From the NCBI GenBank assembly GCA_025558095.1, contig JAIVFI010000001.1:1054001-1118000 (forward strand): a DNA stretch of 64,000 nucleotides, in the 5' to 3' direction. Both the position numbers and the translations under genes were made by a program. Under the pieces are notes generated by a model, which saw only the letters and a list, made by a program, of their open reading frames with translations, was not told where the DNA came from and made no database searches. Every line of letters starts with the position of its first letter. The first letter of the stretch is position 1. Below, in pieces: positions 1 through 13,639 of this stretch. The stretch is from Hyaloraphidium curvatum SAG 235-1. Its lineage: Eukaryota > Fungi > Monoblepharomycota.

Positions 1-1545
1 GCTTCGTCCGCGGAATCCTGCGGGAGGTCCTCGCCGACTCCGTGCAGGAACTGCTCATTGTCCGATCCATGCAGCGGCATGCCCTCGGTTTGTCCGAAAT
101 CGAGCTCCACTTCCTCGATGAGGTCGCCGTGGGCATCCTGGTACTCGTGTGCCCCGTCCTCCCCTTCGTAGTAGCCCTCCTCTTCGGTGTGCGCCTGCTG
201 CACCTGTTCCACCTGCTGGTCCCAATCGTCCTCCTCGTCGTTCACGAGCGAAGTCGACAGGTGGTTCTTCTTGCGCGGCCGGGCAGGTGTTCGCTTTGCG
301 CGCTTCTCGGTCCGGATCTGGATGTACTCTCGGATGCCTTCGACAATCTCTGCAAGGATGGTCAGGGTCGATTCAACCCCATTTCAAGCGCCAAGGACAT
401 ACCCGGGAACGTCTTGCTCGTGGAGTCTTCGACTTTGGACCGAAGCCGGTTGAACGCGTCGTGTATCTTGCCTTGAGCCCTGGACGCACGCACTCGACAT
501 TAGGAACAAACCGGTAGACGGATGCTGCGGCTTACCAAGGAAGGGCGTCGTCGCGAAGGGTCCGCCATTCAATCTCGCTTTCGTGCTGGACACCTTGCGC
601 AACCAGTTCGTCCAATCTGGCGAGCAACCGTCAGCACCGCGGCGGAACCGGCAGAATCAGCGGGCGCGCTCACTTGACAAGCAGAATGTCGTCAGAAGCG
701 TAGTTCCAACGTGCCACCTTCTCCAAAACCGGAGCTTCCGCCGGCTGCATGTCGGCAGGGATGACACCCGTTTGCCGGTTCCTGGAAGGATGGTCAGCGC
801 CAGAAAGCCGGCCACGAAGACCGATGCGAACCACTTCTGCCGGCACTGCACGTAGGTCCGAGTTCCGACATGAACGGCGATCTCCTCCCAAAACTCCTTG
901 TCCTTGACGTCGGGCACGCGGCCTTGCGCGACCAAGCTTTCGAACGCGTTCTTGTACAGCAACTCTTCGTCGGGGGTCCATTTCCCGCTGTTCTTTTCCT
1001 GGTCGAGGCGCTCGAGAACCTTCCAGCGGTCCGCGCAGCCCGAGGCGGTGCGGCCGATCTGCGCCGCGATCTCCACCCAGTTCTTGGACATCGTGACGAC
1101 GAGCGTCCTCAACACCGTGTCCTCGTCCTCGGTCCACTTGCCCTTCTTGTTCTGCACGTCAAACTCGCGCTGCACCGCCCTGTACTGCGACTCGACCGTG
1201 CGGTCCGGCAAGGTGGAGGCCTGCAGCGTGCTCAGCAACGGACGGCCTGCCAGCCGGGAAGGGGCTCACAATCTCCTTCCAGAAGCCCTTGTGCTCCGCC
1301 ATGCGGTCCTTCTGCTCCTTGGTCGTTGCATTGCGGCGCTTGTATATCAGGAGCTGGATGTCCTCGTCCGACAGGCCGTGGGCGTCGCGGTAGTAGAGCA
1401 CGGCGTCCCGCAGCTTCTGCTTCTCCTCGGCCGAGAACTTTCCCTCCTTGTAGACGAGCCCGGACTCCTTGAGCTTTTTGGTCTTGAGCCACGTCTGCGA
1501 CGGGCCGTCGATGTCCAGCGCGCGCTTCCGGCTCCCGTCGTCCAT
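1..1545 (-). CDS. Myb/SANT-repeat DNA-binding protein, Reb1/Nsi1/DMTF1-like (multi-exon; 3' end runs off the window)
   Basis: ATG 1545 (MDDGSRKR). Myb repeats GKFSAEEKQKL, KGKWTEDEDTVL...WVEIAAQIGRTASGCADRW and SGKWTPDEE...FWEEIAVHVGTRTYVQCRQKW. GT-AG introns join the frames. Confidence 0.8.
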
Positions 1546-1910
1546 CGCGGTGCCTCGGGAGGGGGAGGAGCGGGGCCGCACGGTCTGATGCGGGCGCCCG
1601 CGCGCCGCCGCCGGGGGTCTCGCGCTCGCTCGGAAGAAGCGGCGCACGCGGGCACGGAGAGATTTGACCGGACGGGAACGCTTTCCGCACGGTCTCGTGA
1701 GTTGGTGTGGGGCGGCCGCCGTGCGGGTAGTGTCTCATCGAAGACCCCTCCCTTCTCGCGTCGCGGGGACGCGCGGCCGCAAAGCTGTCGTCCCGAATCG
1801 AGTTCCCGCCCGGACCGTCGGTTCTCTTTCCTCCGTGGCGCGAGAACGCCCCCAGACCGCCCTCCCCCGCCTTTGACGGACCGGTCTCGCGCGAGGAGTC
1901 GGCACGGACG

Positions 1911-3048
1911 ATGCGCAAGACCAAAATCTTCACGGGATCGAGCCATCCCGAGCTCGCTGCGCTCATCGTGGACAGACTGGGCATCCAGACCGCGCCGGCG
2001 ACACTGCGGAAGTTCGCGAACCAGGAGACCTCGATTGAGATTGGCGTCTCGGTGCGCGACGACGATGTCTACATCATCCAGAGCGGGTCGTCCTCGGTGA
2101 ACGACCATCTGATGGAGCTGATGATCATGATCAATGCCTGCAAGATCGCCAGCGCGGCGAGAATCACGGCGGTGTGGGTAGCGTCCCCGGACGCCTCGCC
2201 GTCCCAGAGCTGACAGGGGTGCGAAGGATACCCTACTTTCCGTACATGAAACAGTCCAAGAAGAAGAAGGGCCGAGGGGCGATTACCGCGAAACGTGGGT
2301 TATGCGGCGCACGAGGACGGCAGACGATGCCAACACGGCATACCGCACCCAGTTGTCGCAAACATGCTCGCCATTGCCGGCGTGGACCACATCATCACGA
2401 TGGACCTCCACGCGTCGACGATTCAAGGCTTCTTCAACAAGCCCGTGGACAACCTGCTTGCGGAACCTTCGATCGCGCGGTACATCGTGGAGAAGATCCC
2501 GGACTACCAGCGGGGCGTCGTCGTCTCCAAAAACGCCGGGGGCGCCAAGCGCGTTACCAGCCTCGCCGACAGGTTGAAAATCGATTTCGCGCTCGTGCAC
2601 CGGGAACGGCTCCTTCCCCACTCGTTGAAGGAGTCGGGCGCAAAATCGGCGTTGGTCGGCGACGTGGAGGGCAAAGTTGCGCTCCTGACCGTGAGAGTCT
2701 CGCGCAAAATCCGGCAGAGGCAGCTCGTAACACTTTGTGGCGCAGGACGACATCATCGACACGGTGCGCACCTTCACCGAGGCGGCCGAAATCCTTGTCC
2801 AGTGCGGGGCGACCCGGGTCTACCTCATCGCTACGCATGCCATTCTTTCGGGGAACGCGCTGGCCGAAATCCAGGCCTGCGACGCGATCCACGAAATCAT
2901 CGTTACGAACACTTACCCGCTGTCGGACTGGAAGCGGCAACAGACCAACAAGCTCCGCATCATCGACGTCAGCGGCGTCATTGCGGAAGCTATTCGGCGG
3001 ACGCACAATGGAGAATCGATCTCGTATCTATTCGCCAACCCGGTCTGA
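1911..3048 (+). CDS. PRS: Ribose-phosphate pyrophosphokinase (PRPP synthetase), 4 exons
   Basis: [109 protein letters not shown]. Confidence 0.95.
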
Positions 3049-3396
3049 GTGATCTGCACCAGGTTTCGCTGTTCGCATGTGGCGTTTTGCCCTTCTTCCG
3101 CACCCCCTGGTCATTGGATTCTGGATCTTGCCATGCAGTGTAGCCGACGCCGCATAACGAAGCGTCACCGGTTATTAGAACAGGCTTGATCTCTTCCCAG
3201 CGATTTGAAGGAAAGCATCAGCTGTCCGCATTCCTTTCAGTGCGCGGGTTTAAAGTAGAGGCAATGATGTGACGAAAGAGTTTCTGCCACAGGGTACATG
3301 CGGCGCATAATCATCTAACAGCTCTGTCCTCCCAGTCCCCAGTCCCTCGTGGTATGCCCTCCGCTTTCCGTGCCAGAGTCCCGGTCCCACGCATCA

Positions 3397-4501
<1,105 letters not shown>

Positions 4502-4868
4502 CGCGGCGGCAGGGGTCGGTGTTGGGGCCCGGTCTGTTTCTCGAGGAGCGTCGACGGCCGCGCAGAGATCTGCGATAGTGAACGGCCAAGGAGTGCGCCG
4601 GGTGAGGCGGGACGAGCAGGACGGGTTGGCGACGCAGGGATGAGGGAAGTCGCCATGGTTGGCCGAGCGAGGTCAAGGGTGTCCCAAGCAGCGCCGGAGA
4701 CGGGTCGGGACGACGGGCGGGGGAGAGTCAGGTTAGCGCCAGATGCAGAGCAGGGGGAATAGCCAGTCAGCAACGCACCTGTGCGAGGTCGGAGTGGTCA
4801 CGCGGACGCTTGCGGTTGTGGGACAGCCCCGCGCGATCAGCTTGCACCTCTCACCCCGTCACCCCGTT

Positions 4869-4883
4869 CGAAGTTTCCAGATC
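4869..4883. promoter_or_regulatory. Possible heat-shock element upstream of polyubiquitin
   Basis: cGAAgtTTCcaGAT: two perfect and one imperfect alternating nGAAn units ~370 bp upstream of the ATG. Polyubiquitin genes are classical HSF targets. Confidence 0.35.
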
Positions 4884-5113
4884 GCCGGGAAAACTCCCCC
4901 GCTCCTAAGCTTTAATCCTCGTCTCGTTGCTTCTCCTATTCTACAGGATCTATCAGTGAATAATTGGACGGTCTGCAGCAGGCGAAGAGTATCAATGGCT
5001 CGGCCCTTCCAACAAGTTCACTGCCATCCCGCGAACCGCTCCTACACAAGGAATGACCCTGTTTACCCGTGAAAAATGCGCTCTATATCGTCCCGCGAAC
5101 CTGTAACACCTCC

Positions 5114-6819
5114 CTATCGCCCCGCAAACCGCTCCCAAACGCGGATCCCCTCGGCAGCGTCCGATCGGCCGTACGTCCCCTCGACCATCTCCTGAACCAT
5201 CACCCGGTTGAAGGCACTGGGATTATCCAGGTAGAGGTGGTGCCCGCCGGGAAGAGTCACGCATCGGAGCGCAGCACGGGTGTCATTTTCCGGCGACAGC
5301 TTCTTTGCCGCGGCGAGGAAGTGCCTGTAATCCATCCAGTCGACGTCACCGTAGATAGCGGTGATAGGCATGGATTCAGGCAGCTGGGCAAGCCGGTTCG
5401 CAAGCGGTCGCTTGGCCCATGCTCCAGGCAGCAGAAGGCTCGCAAGCGCGTACTCCCCGCTCCCCTTGGCCACCTGCGCCACGATTAGCTGCCTCAGGCG
5501 ATATCAGTCGTCGCGAGGTATAACCCACCGAGATATTCCAAAGATATGAGGCGAACTCTCGTCCCTCTTCGCCCTCTAGACCAAGGCGGCCTGTCGTATA
5601 GCGCTCCACAAGGCCCCGGCCCCACGGTCCGAAAGCTCTGATCAAGGTGAACGGAGTCACCCCCGACTCCCACAAACGCGCGGCCCATCCCGGCGCGCTT
5701 CCTCCACCTTGCGTGAGCACACGGCCGTCCTCGGTGGCGATGGCGTTGGGCGGCTCCGGAACCCCCACCGGCGATATCAGGATCAGCTTCTCGACGCGCT
5801 CGGGGTACTTCAGGGCGTAGGCGCACGCAAGGTAGCCCCCTAGAGAGTGGCCCGCCAAGGTGAAAGACTCGAGCTTCATGGCCTTCCTCCACAACTCCAA
5901 ACTTTCCACAAAGAATTCTTCCGCGCGCTCGGGGCGGTCGTCCACCTCCTTGCTCGAACGCTTGGTCGGAAAAGGAGGTCTCGATGAATTGCCCATGCCG
6001 AGCCAGTCGATGGCCATGACACGCCAACCAGGGACGCTGCCGAGTGCCAAAAAGTTCTTGTAGAAGAAGCCTAAGCCGGCACCGTAGCCATGCGCAAGAA
6101 CGAGGGTCTTGGTGGGTGTTTGTGCCATAGTCTTTGACGAGGTAGCGTCCATTTCGAAGGAGGGGGGCACATCCGCACCGGAAACGCCATATTGATGAAT
6201 CTGCACCACCTCCGACGGAGGGATCTCGCCCTTCCTGGGATCCCCGGCGTTCAGATCCGCGAGCAGATCAGGAGGATGCTCAGAAGCCCTGACTTCGTGC
6301 GTTGTAGCCAGCCCGTCGGCGTCGCAATCCGTGCGGTCAAGAATGAGAGTGTTGATGTAATCGTTGGTGGCGTTCCCGATGTGGACAAGCTCAAGGCGAG
6401 CCGTCGCAGCGGCAGAAGAGTAAGCCGCCACTCGTGATCCCGGAGAAGGAGCCACGCCGGTTCTGGGAGAGGGGGTCGTCCCTGCGACGTCCGTTAGGGC
6501 ACCGCTTCGGGCCAGGAGCTTAGCCTCGCTGTCCTGTGGTGCCTGTAAGCCTCCGGAAAGCAGATCAGGGCTATGGAGATCGCACCTGCCCAGCCTGGCG
6601 ATGTGCTTCTGGATACCATAGCTTCGAAAGATCGAGGGCGGAGCGAAGGCCGTGCCAGAAGTCCGTGGTGCCGCTCGAAGAAGCCATGGCGGTCGACGAA
6701 GAGGGTGCTCCACCGTGGAAGAATGCTCTCCGGAGTGCTATCTGCAGCTTTGCCGGGTTTGGTCGTCCGACAGCAAGCATTCGCTGCGTGGTTGCGTGGC
6801 GGTTCGCTGCGGCACGCAT
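5114..6819 (-). CDS. Alpha/beta hydrolase, ABHD4/5-CLD1/ICT1 family (cardiolipin deacylase/LPA acyltransferase-like)
   Basis: LVLAHGYGAGLGFFYKN, IDWLGMGNSSRP, GHSLGGYL nucleophile elbow, YGDVDWM, GHHLYLDNP (HX4D). Start at 6819 (Arg-rich presequence-like) or 6687. Confidence 0.85.
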
Positions 6820-6845
6820 CTGCCGGCCGGGCAGCCCAAACAAAG

Positions 6846-8231
6846 ATGATCCTCGACCGGACGGAGACCCTCTATCCCGCGGATTCGCTGGAATTTGATC
6901 CGTATCAATGCGAACGATTTGCTGTCGGAACCTACAAGCTCGATGAAGGCACCGGGCCCACGCCCGCCGATCGCGACACGGACACTTCCGGGGACGAGGG
7001 ACGCGTCGCCACCGGCCAGAAGCGGAAACGACTCGGTCAGATCCACTTCTACGCCGCTGATGACCGCGATCCAGGCGATGGTGACGTTCGGGAGGACCAG
7101 AGACGCGGCATTCGCACCTCCATCCGGCCGCTCGAGGTCGTGGATCACCCGGCCGCGATCTTGGACATGAAGTGGACTCGCCAGACGATCAACGAGTCGT
7201 CAACCTTGGTCGTGGCCGACGCTTTGGGCTGCGTCACCGCCTATACCTGGGGGAACGTACCGTTCTTGGGAGAATCGGGTTCCGTGCATCCTATCGCGCA
7301 GTCTGCACCGTCCGCGGCGAATTCGTCGTCGGACTTCCTGGCGCTTTCCGTCGACGTTAGCCCGCAACCGGAAGGATCCGATGGCCCCAGTATCTTGGTG
7401 TCGTACAACACCGGCGGCCTGGAGGTTCTCCGGTTGCCAACATCTTCGGCCACCATGCGGCCGATCGCGCGACTTGATGCAGCCCATTCGCTGGAAGCAT
7501 GGACGTGCTGCTGGGATGGCTACAGCGGAGCTGGAGACGGCGTGTTTTGGAGCGGAGGTGATGATGGCTGCATCATGCGTTGGGACTTGCGAGTCAGCAC
7601 CGAACGAAGCGTTGCGGTGGACAAAAGGTGAACTGCCCGGCGTCCCTTGCCGATGCTTCCTCATCGGGGCTCCGCACACGCGTCTTTGCCTTTCCATTTG
7701 GTCGCCAGCTCGCACGCAGCAGGAGTGACAAGCCTTTTGGTTCCGCCGATACCCTCGCGTCCCCACTACCTCCTCTCTGGATCGTACGACGAGCACCTCC
7801 TATTGTGGGACACCCGCTTCTGGAAACCGGGGCGCCCCCTGCTGGATCATCTTAATGAAGGCGGTGGCGTTTGGAGGATCAAGCACCTCCAGCGCAACGG
7901 GTCCTCGGGGGACATGGTTCTGGGGATTGCGGGTATGCACCGCGGATTCGACGTGATCCATATCGGTCAGTGGCTTTGCATTGGTGCCAGGATACACGGT
8001 TTCTCACGTGCGCCTTGCAAAGACGGCATCACCGCTACTTGCGCTGCCTCTCTCCCGTTGCCGGTTCCAACCGCCCTGGCCTACGGCATCGATTTTTCGC
8101 GCGACGTCGCGCGTCTGAAATCGTCAGGATCGGCTCTCCTTGGGTGCTGCTCGTTCTACGATCGCACTGTCCAGCTTTGGGAGGTGGATCTGAACGATGG
8201 AGCCGGAGCCTCTCGAAACGTAGCTGGATAG
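6846..8231 (+). CDS. DPH7: Diphthine methyl ester hydrolase (WD40)
   Basis: PADSLEF, AVGTYKL, AILDMKW, HSLEAW, SGGDD, HAAGVTS, SGSYDE, GGGVWRIK, MH-GF, LAYGID, SFYD; one intron. Confidence 0.88.
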
Positions 8232-8321
8232 AGCCATGCAGGCCATCCAAGCCGTAACCCGCGTGCCGAAATCATCTCCTCGACGGTACGCGCCACAGTG
8301 AGTCCGGTTCGTCGTTCCACC

Positions 8322-8911
8322 TTAGCCCGTGTCGACATCCATTTTCTGGGGCCCTTCGGCCTGGGTTTTTGCCTCCTCCACGGCTTCCGACATAATCTCC
8401 CGGTATTTCGCAACGTCCGCGGGCCAGATCTCGGCGAGTTCCGCCTCGAGCTTCGCCTTCAGTTCATCCATGAGCTTCAGTTTGGCCTTTGCCGCCTGGT
8501 TCAGCGACACCGCCGAGGAAACAAGGGACGACGTGTGAATGTCGGGATTCTGGCCCGATTCGACAGCGCTGCAAGGGGCGAATTGGGTGAGCGGCCCCCA
8601 AGGAGACGAGAAACGTGCTCACAGTAGGACTTCCCGGGGGATTTGGAGATCCAGGCCGGCCCGCTGTCTGTCCAAATCGGCCAGCAAAGTGACTATCTCC
8701 TGACTGGACGCGTCGGCCCGGGGCAGCTTCGTAAGAAAGGTCGCGGGAGGGACGCCGCTCGCCGGCACGCCCACATGTCCTCGTTGACGACATCCTGGTT
8801 TGAAAAGTCAAGGACCGCGTGTCCGAGAGATGCGAGGTAGTGCAGCAGCTGCGTCAGCGTTCCCTCCAGCGCTGAGAAGTCCGCATCTGTCGGCGGCCGT
8901 CCGTCGGACAT
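8322..8911 (-). CDS. MED10: Mediator subunit 10, 3 exons
   Basis: Spliced LEGTLTQLLHYLASLG...DLQIPREVL...GQNPDIHT...NQAAKAKLKLMDELKAKLEAELAEIWP matches the Med10/Nut2 pattern. Confidence 0.75.
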
Positions 8912-9028
8912 TACTGTTGAACGCGTGGATGAAGACGTCGGTGCGTGGGACCAGTGCTGTAGTCAACCAATTGGGACGAATCATCAGCCGACCGACTCAA
9001 ATCCGCCACGTTACAAAGAGCGAGCGAC

Positions 9029-11678
9029 TCATCGCTTCTTCTGCTTCTTCTGCAGCCGCTTGTGCTTGATTCGGGCGGCCCGCTTCTGCTTCAGTGCCTG
9101 CTTGGCCTTCCCCTTCACCGATTGCTTGTGCACCATCATCATGAAGTTCTTCTTCTTCGACTTCTCCTTGTTCGTCGTGCTCGTCGGCGGCCCTTCTTCG
9201 CGGCGATGGGCTTTCTTGGATCCGTACTTGTCCCTCCCTTCGCGGCCGGCCTGCATGGCGGCAAGCTTGGTCTCGCGATCGGCCTTCCTCTTGAAGCCCT
9301 TCAAGAGGTCCGAGGGGTCGACAAACTCCTTCTGGCCTTCGTCCGATCCCTCATCCTCCGAGCTGGCGTCCGAGAGCGAAAGGTCCACGTCTTCTCCGGC
9401 ACCTCCGAGGCCGTTCCGTGAGGCCCTGTCCTTCTCCTTCGAAACCGGGCGCTTCCCGACCAAGCGCTCGGCATCCCGCTTCATGCGCAGCTTCTTGAGC
9501 TTCCGGAAGTCTTCGTCGGTCAAAAGGCGCTCCTCCTCGATGCGCCGTTTCCGGTTCGAAACGGCCGTCGAAGTCAAAGAGGTTGCGCTCACGATCGACT
9601 CGCGGCGCCGCGGCGCTCCATTTCCGGCGGCGTCTTCGCGAGATTGTTGAGCTCCAGAACCGTCCTTCGGGTCCGACGGTGGCTCGGCATCGGCCTCCTC
9701 GTCTCCTGACGAGGAATCCTCCTCCTCGTCTCCTTCAGATGCCAGCTCCCACTCCCCGCTTTCCAGCATGGCGTCAAGGTCCACTTCCTCGCCTTCGCTC
9801 CCGCTGCCTTCTTCACCGGCCTCCGATGCGCCCTCCGAACCGTCCTCGTCCTCCGAGGCGCTGCCGGATTCGCCGTTCAATTCGACATCCGAGCCCGATC
9901 CAGACAGATCCTCCCAGCCTTCCTCATCGTCCGAGCCCTCGGGGGCCACATCAGAACCCGCATTCGAGTGCTCGTCATCGTCCAGCAGCAGGTCGGCACC
10001 GTCGATGCCATCTGCCACCCTGGTCTCGCCGTACTTGGCCACCGCGACAGAACCGTCCCCATCAATGAGCTTGATCGTGGCGGCTTTGCCCCTTTGCTTC
10101 TTTGGAAGCATCGTAGGATTGACCTCCCTGAATAGCCCGATCAGGCTCCGGACCGCCATGCCGACACCCTTCTCGCGGTGCCCCTTGAAGTCCACGACCA
10201 GGGATTTCAGCAGCTCCTCCGGCATTGCCAAGGGGCACCTCGTGCAGATCTCCCGCAGCGAATTGAGGCCCGTCACAATGACTTCGGGAGATGCGTTCGA
10301 CCAGACAAAGTTGTTTGCGATGGCCTGAACCAGCGGCGTGATGTCATCCGGAGGCACGAGCTCATGGGAAGCCTGGGCCGTATACGCGAGGATCGCGGTC
10401 ACCTCCTTCTGGCTCGGGTTCAGGTAGCGTATCAGAAACGAGTGGAACCCCAATAGCATGAGCTTGTGCACGCCGATGAGCCTGGAGACGAGGTTGATCA
10501 TCATCAGGCGCACTTCGAAACGGAGCTCGTTGCTCTGAGTCGCTTGCTTGATCCTCGAGAACAGCTTCTCCCCGAAACCCTGCGGATCATTGATGAGGTG
10601 CAACGCCGAGAAGTTGAAGTGCTCCGCCCTGTTGGCGTTCCTCTGCTTCCGCTTCACTTTGGCGACGGCCTTATCCAGGACGGTCTGGCGCTTCCTGGTC
10701 TTTTTGGCCACTACCGCCGCGCGTTTAATGGCGCTAATGTCGGGAGCGTCACCCTCGTCGTCAGAGTCCTTCTTGTCGTCGCGGTCCGAGCCAAGGAAAA
10801 AGTGCAGCGCGGTCGCGACCAGCTTGGACGAAGGGAGGAGGCACGTTTCCGCAATGACGTTGACGGTCTTGGCGTCGTTCCACACGTTCTTCCGGTAGAG
10901 GTCTATCATCACCTCCAGCGACTTCTTCGCCGCAATCTGAAAGTTTGGCTCGGTAAGCGCGCCGGGGCGGCGATGGCGGGCGCAACGAACCTCGTTGCTG
11001 TCCTTGACCATCTCGTACATCCGATTCTGCAGAACCTTGTTGAGCTTGTTGTTCTTGACCTTGGCGTTGGAATTCTTGATGTCGCTCACGATGTGGTTGT
11101 GGAGCTGCTGGCGAAGTTGCTTGTCGGGGAGGCGGAACAGGTTGAAGAAGAGGGAAAGGAGGCTGAACGGGACCAGTGAGACGGTGTCCGTTGGGGCGTA
11201 ACCGCTGCGAATCCCCCGATCCAACGTCAAATCTTCCCACCAATCGACGGCACTTCCACTTTGGAAGAAAGGGCCGAGATACAGGAGGGTTTGGGCGACC
11301 GCCGGAATCTCACCTGATCTCGTCGATGGAACCCTTGTTCCTGAGCAGTATCAGGGCCGTAACGAGGACCTTCCTCAATTCAGCGTCCATTTTTGTGCCC
11401 TTCTCCGAGACCAGCTCGATGAGCTCGCCGGGGAACTCCTTGGCGACGTCCGGGTAGCAGCCCACGACGTGCGCGAGGAAAGTCACGAGATCCCCGAACT
11501 CTTTGGACACCGAGGCACCATCGGGCTTCAGCCGAAACAGGGCAAGCAGGGACTGGTAGTGCCGCCACTGCTGCAGGAACTCGTCCCGGTAGGCTGGCGG
11601 GTCCCGCTTTATCAGGTTCTGGAGCTGGGGCAGGTTGCTGGCCAGAAGCGCCGCCCGACCGCCGTGGTGGCGGGTCAT
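9029..11678 (-). CDS. SDA1: 60S ribosome biogenesis protein SDA1
   Basis: NLPQLQNLIKRDPPAYRDEFLQQW, WNDAKTVNVI, NFSALHLINDPQGFGEKLF, QASHELVPPD, GLNSLREICTRCPLAM, acidic tract, TSTTNKEKSKKKNFMM. Confidence 0.95.
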
Positions 11679-11851
11679 GGCAACAGTTCGGCCTCTGCCG
11701 CCGAGCGTTTGCGGCCGGACCTCTGGACGAGGAGCTATCAAAGCTTCCGAAGGCTGTGTGGTTGTTTGGGGATGGCTCACTCGTCATCAAGTCAAGCCTT
11801 CGGCAAGAAATCAATGCTCGAGAAAGAGCAGCTTGCGGTCCGTTCAGACAT

Positions 11852-13639
11852 TCATTCAACGAAGATATTGGCAAATGGATCAGATTCGATCGTCAGCGGC
11901 TGGCCGAGGAAGGCGACGAACGCCAGGCCCCGAGCGAGATCCAAAGTGTCGCCTCCCGGCTGCGGGCTTTTGCGAGCCGGCTCAACAGCGCGCACTGCGT
12001 CTGACGCAGCTGCTGATCGGGCGGCTGCGGGAGATTGCACGCGAGCGGGCGGTTGGCGGGGATCTTCGCGAGCCCGCGGAGGCCTGGGTTGCGGGTCTTC
12101 GCGCACTCGCGATCTGGGTTCCTTTCCATCGAAGTGGTGACTGCGCGAAGCGCTGTCTCGGGCTCGCAACCGCTCGCCGCGCTCGTGCGACCGTGGTTGT
12201 TCATCGCCGATCCACGCACGGTGCTTAGAGTTGGAAGGAGAGTGCGATCTCGTCCGCACTTGCCGTTCTCGATTCCGTTCCTGGCTCCAACCTCTGTCCT
12301 CTCGGTTGCGTTCGGAGGCGGTCGGTCGCCGTTCCCGGTTTCCGTACCCGTCGTCCTGAATGCGGTCGGAGGCAGCCGATCGCCGTTCCCGGCTCCCGTC
12401 CCAAACCTCCTCATGGCGGTCGGGAGCGGTTGAACGCCGTGGAACATCAATGCTGCCCTGGTTCGAACGAGAATCGGTACGGTCCACGGAAGGGGAGCGC
12501 GGCGGAGGCGAGAGCGATCGGGCGTTGTCCCTGCGGTCCGCCTCCCTCGCATCTAGGAAGCTGCGAAGCGTCCACACCGGAGAATGGTGCATGGCGCTGT
12601 TCAGAGAGAATTTCAGCTTGTTCTGCTTGACGCAGCACTCCGGGTGGACGTCCTCGATCGTCGTCATGAAGTGCTGTTCGGAATCATCCCATGTCCATGT
12701 CTTTGCGTAAAGCGGGCGCATCACATACGGGGGCACGACCGTGCCGGCGGGCATCAGGGCATGGACCCGGTCGTAAAAGTCGTCCAGCCCCAGCACTTCC
12801 GGCGGTTGAATGCGCGGTCCGAAGAATGCGGTTCGCCCCTCGCCCTTCTTGGCGGACGCAATGTAGAAGAACTGACAGTCCGATCGCGGGTGCCGAGCAT
12901 AAAGCTCGAGGAACACGGCAAGCTTCGGGGCCCTTTGGTTCGAAACGAATTTGTCAACGTCGATCCGGCCCCAGCGCGCCGTGGGCCAATGGCTTTGGAA
13001 TTGCTCTGCTGGCACATAGAGGCATTTGAGCTCAGCAAACACGTGCAGCATCCGTTTGTTCAGGACTGCGACCTCGTCATCGGTCATGACGAGCCCGGGT
13101 GGCGGGCCCGCGTCCCGCCGCGCCACGGAAGAGCCCGGTTGCGGACTGCCAGCACCGAAATGTTCGCGAAACCGTCGCGGCATGTCGACCATGATCGTGT
13201 CGGACGGTCCGGCCGTACAGCACGATTCGTGTTCCTCGAGAACCTGTCGCCTGAAGCGCTCCGAGTCCCCGTTGTAGTCCCAGCTGGTCAAGTACAGTCG
13301 AAACAATGTTCCGATGCTGTGGAGTCTGGTTCCTCTGGGCACCAGGGCGTGGACGCGCTTCCGGCTGCTCGGCGCGCCGACGAGGTCGCGATCGTGCGAA
13401 GCACTGTGGAGATAGAGATCGCCGTCGACCTCGACGACCCGGAGCTCCGTTGTTGGCGCAAGGCTACGCAGAAACGCGTCGAGCGTCGTGCCAGGCTCGA
13501 CCAAATCCGCCCAGTTGACAGCGGAGGGCCCGGCCCGGCTCGCGAGCAAGCTTTCGAAGCCCGCAACGGGTATGAACATGGCTTCGCCGAGAAGCGAGGC
13601 GACCTGTTGCAAGAATACGCGTAATCGCACGTCGACCAT
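11852..13639 (-). CDS. Orphan 595-aa protein: duplicated ~150-aa domain (LOTUS/OST-HTH-like part) plus Arg/Ser/Asp-rich tail
   Basis: Long uninterrupted ATG ORF. Internal repeat RVHALVPRGT...LY...W...DSERF...EEHESCC vs RVHALMPAGT...LY...W...DSEQHF...DVHPECC. Confidence 0.65.
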   Translation of the reverse strand: MVDVRLRVFLQQVASLLGEAMFIPVAGFESLLASRAGPSAVNWADLVEPGTTLDAFLRSLAPTTELRVVEVDGDLYLHSASHDRDLVGAPSSRKRVHALVPRGTRLHSIGTLFRLYLTSWDYNGDSERFRRQVLEEHESCCTAGPSDTIMVDMPRRFREHFGAGSPQPGSSVARRDAGPPPGLVMTDDEVAVLNKRMLHVFAELKCLYVPAEQFQSHWPTARWGRIDVDKFVSNQRAPKLAVFLELYARHPRSDCQFFYIASAKKGEGRTAFFGPRIQPPEVLGLDDFYDRVHALMPAGTVVPPYVMRPLYAKTWTWDDSEQHFMTTIEDVHPECCVKQNKLKFSLNSAMHHSPVWTLRSFLDAREADRRDNARSLSPPPRSPSVDRTDSRSNQGSIDVPRRSTAPDRHEEVWDGSRERRSAASDRIQDDGYGNRERRPTASERNREDRGWSQERNRERQVRTRSHSPSNSKHRAWIGDEQPRSHERGERLRARDSASRSHHFDGKEPRSRVREDPQPRPPRAREDPRQPPARVQSPAAARSAAASDAVRAVEPARKSPQPGGDTLDLARGLAFVAFLGQPLTIESDPFANIFVE

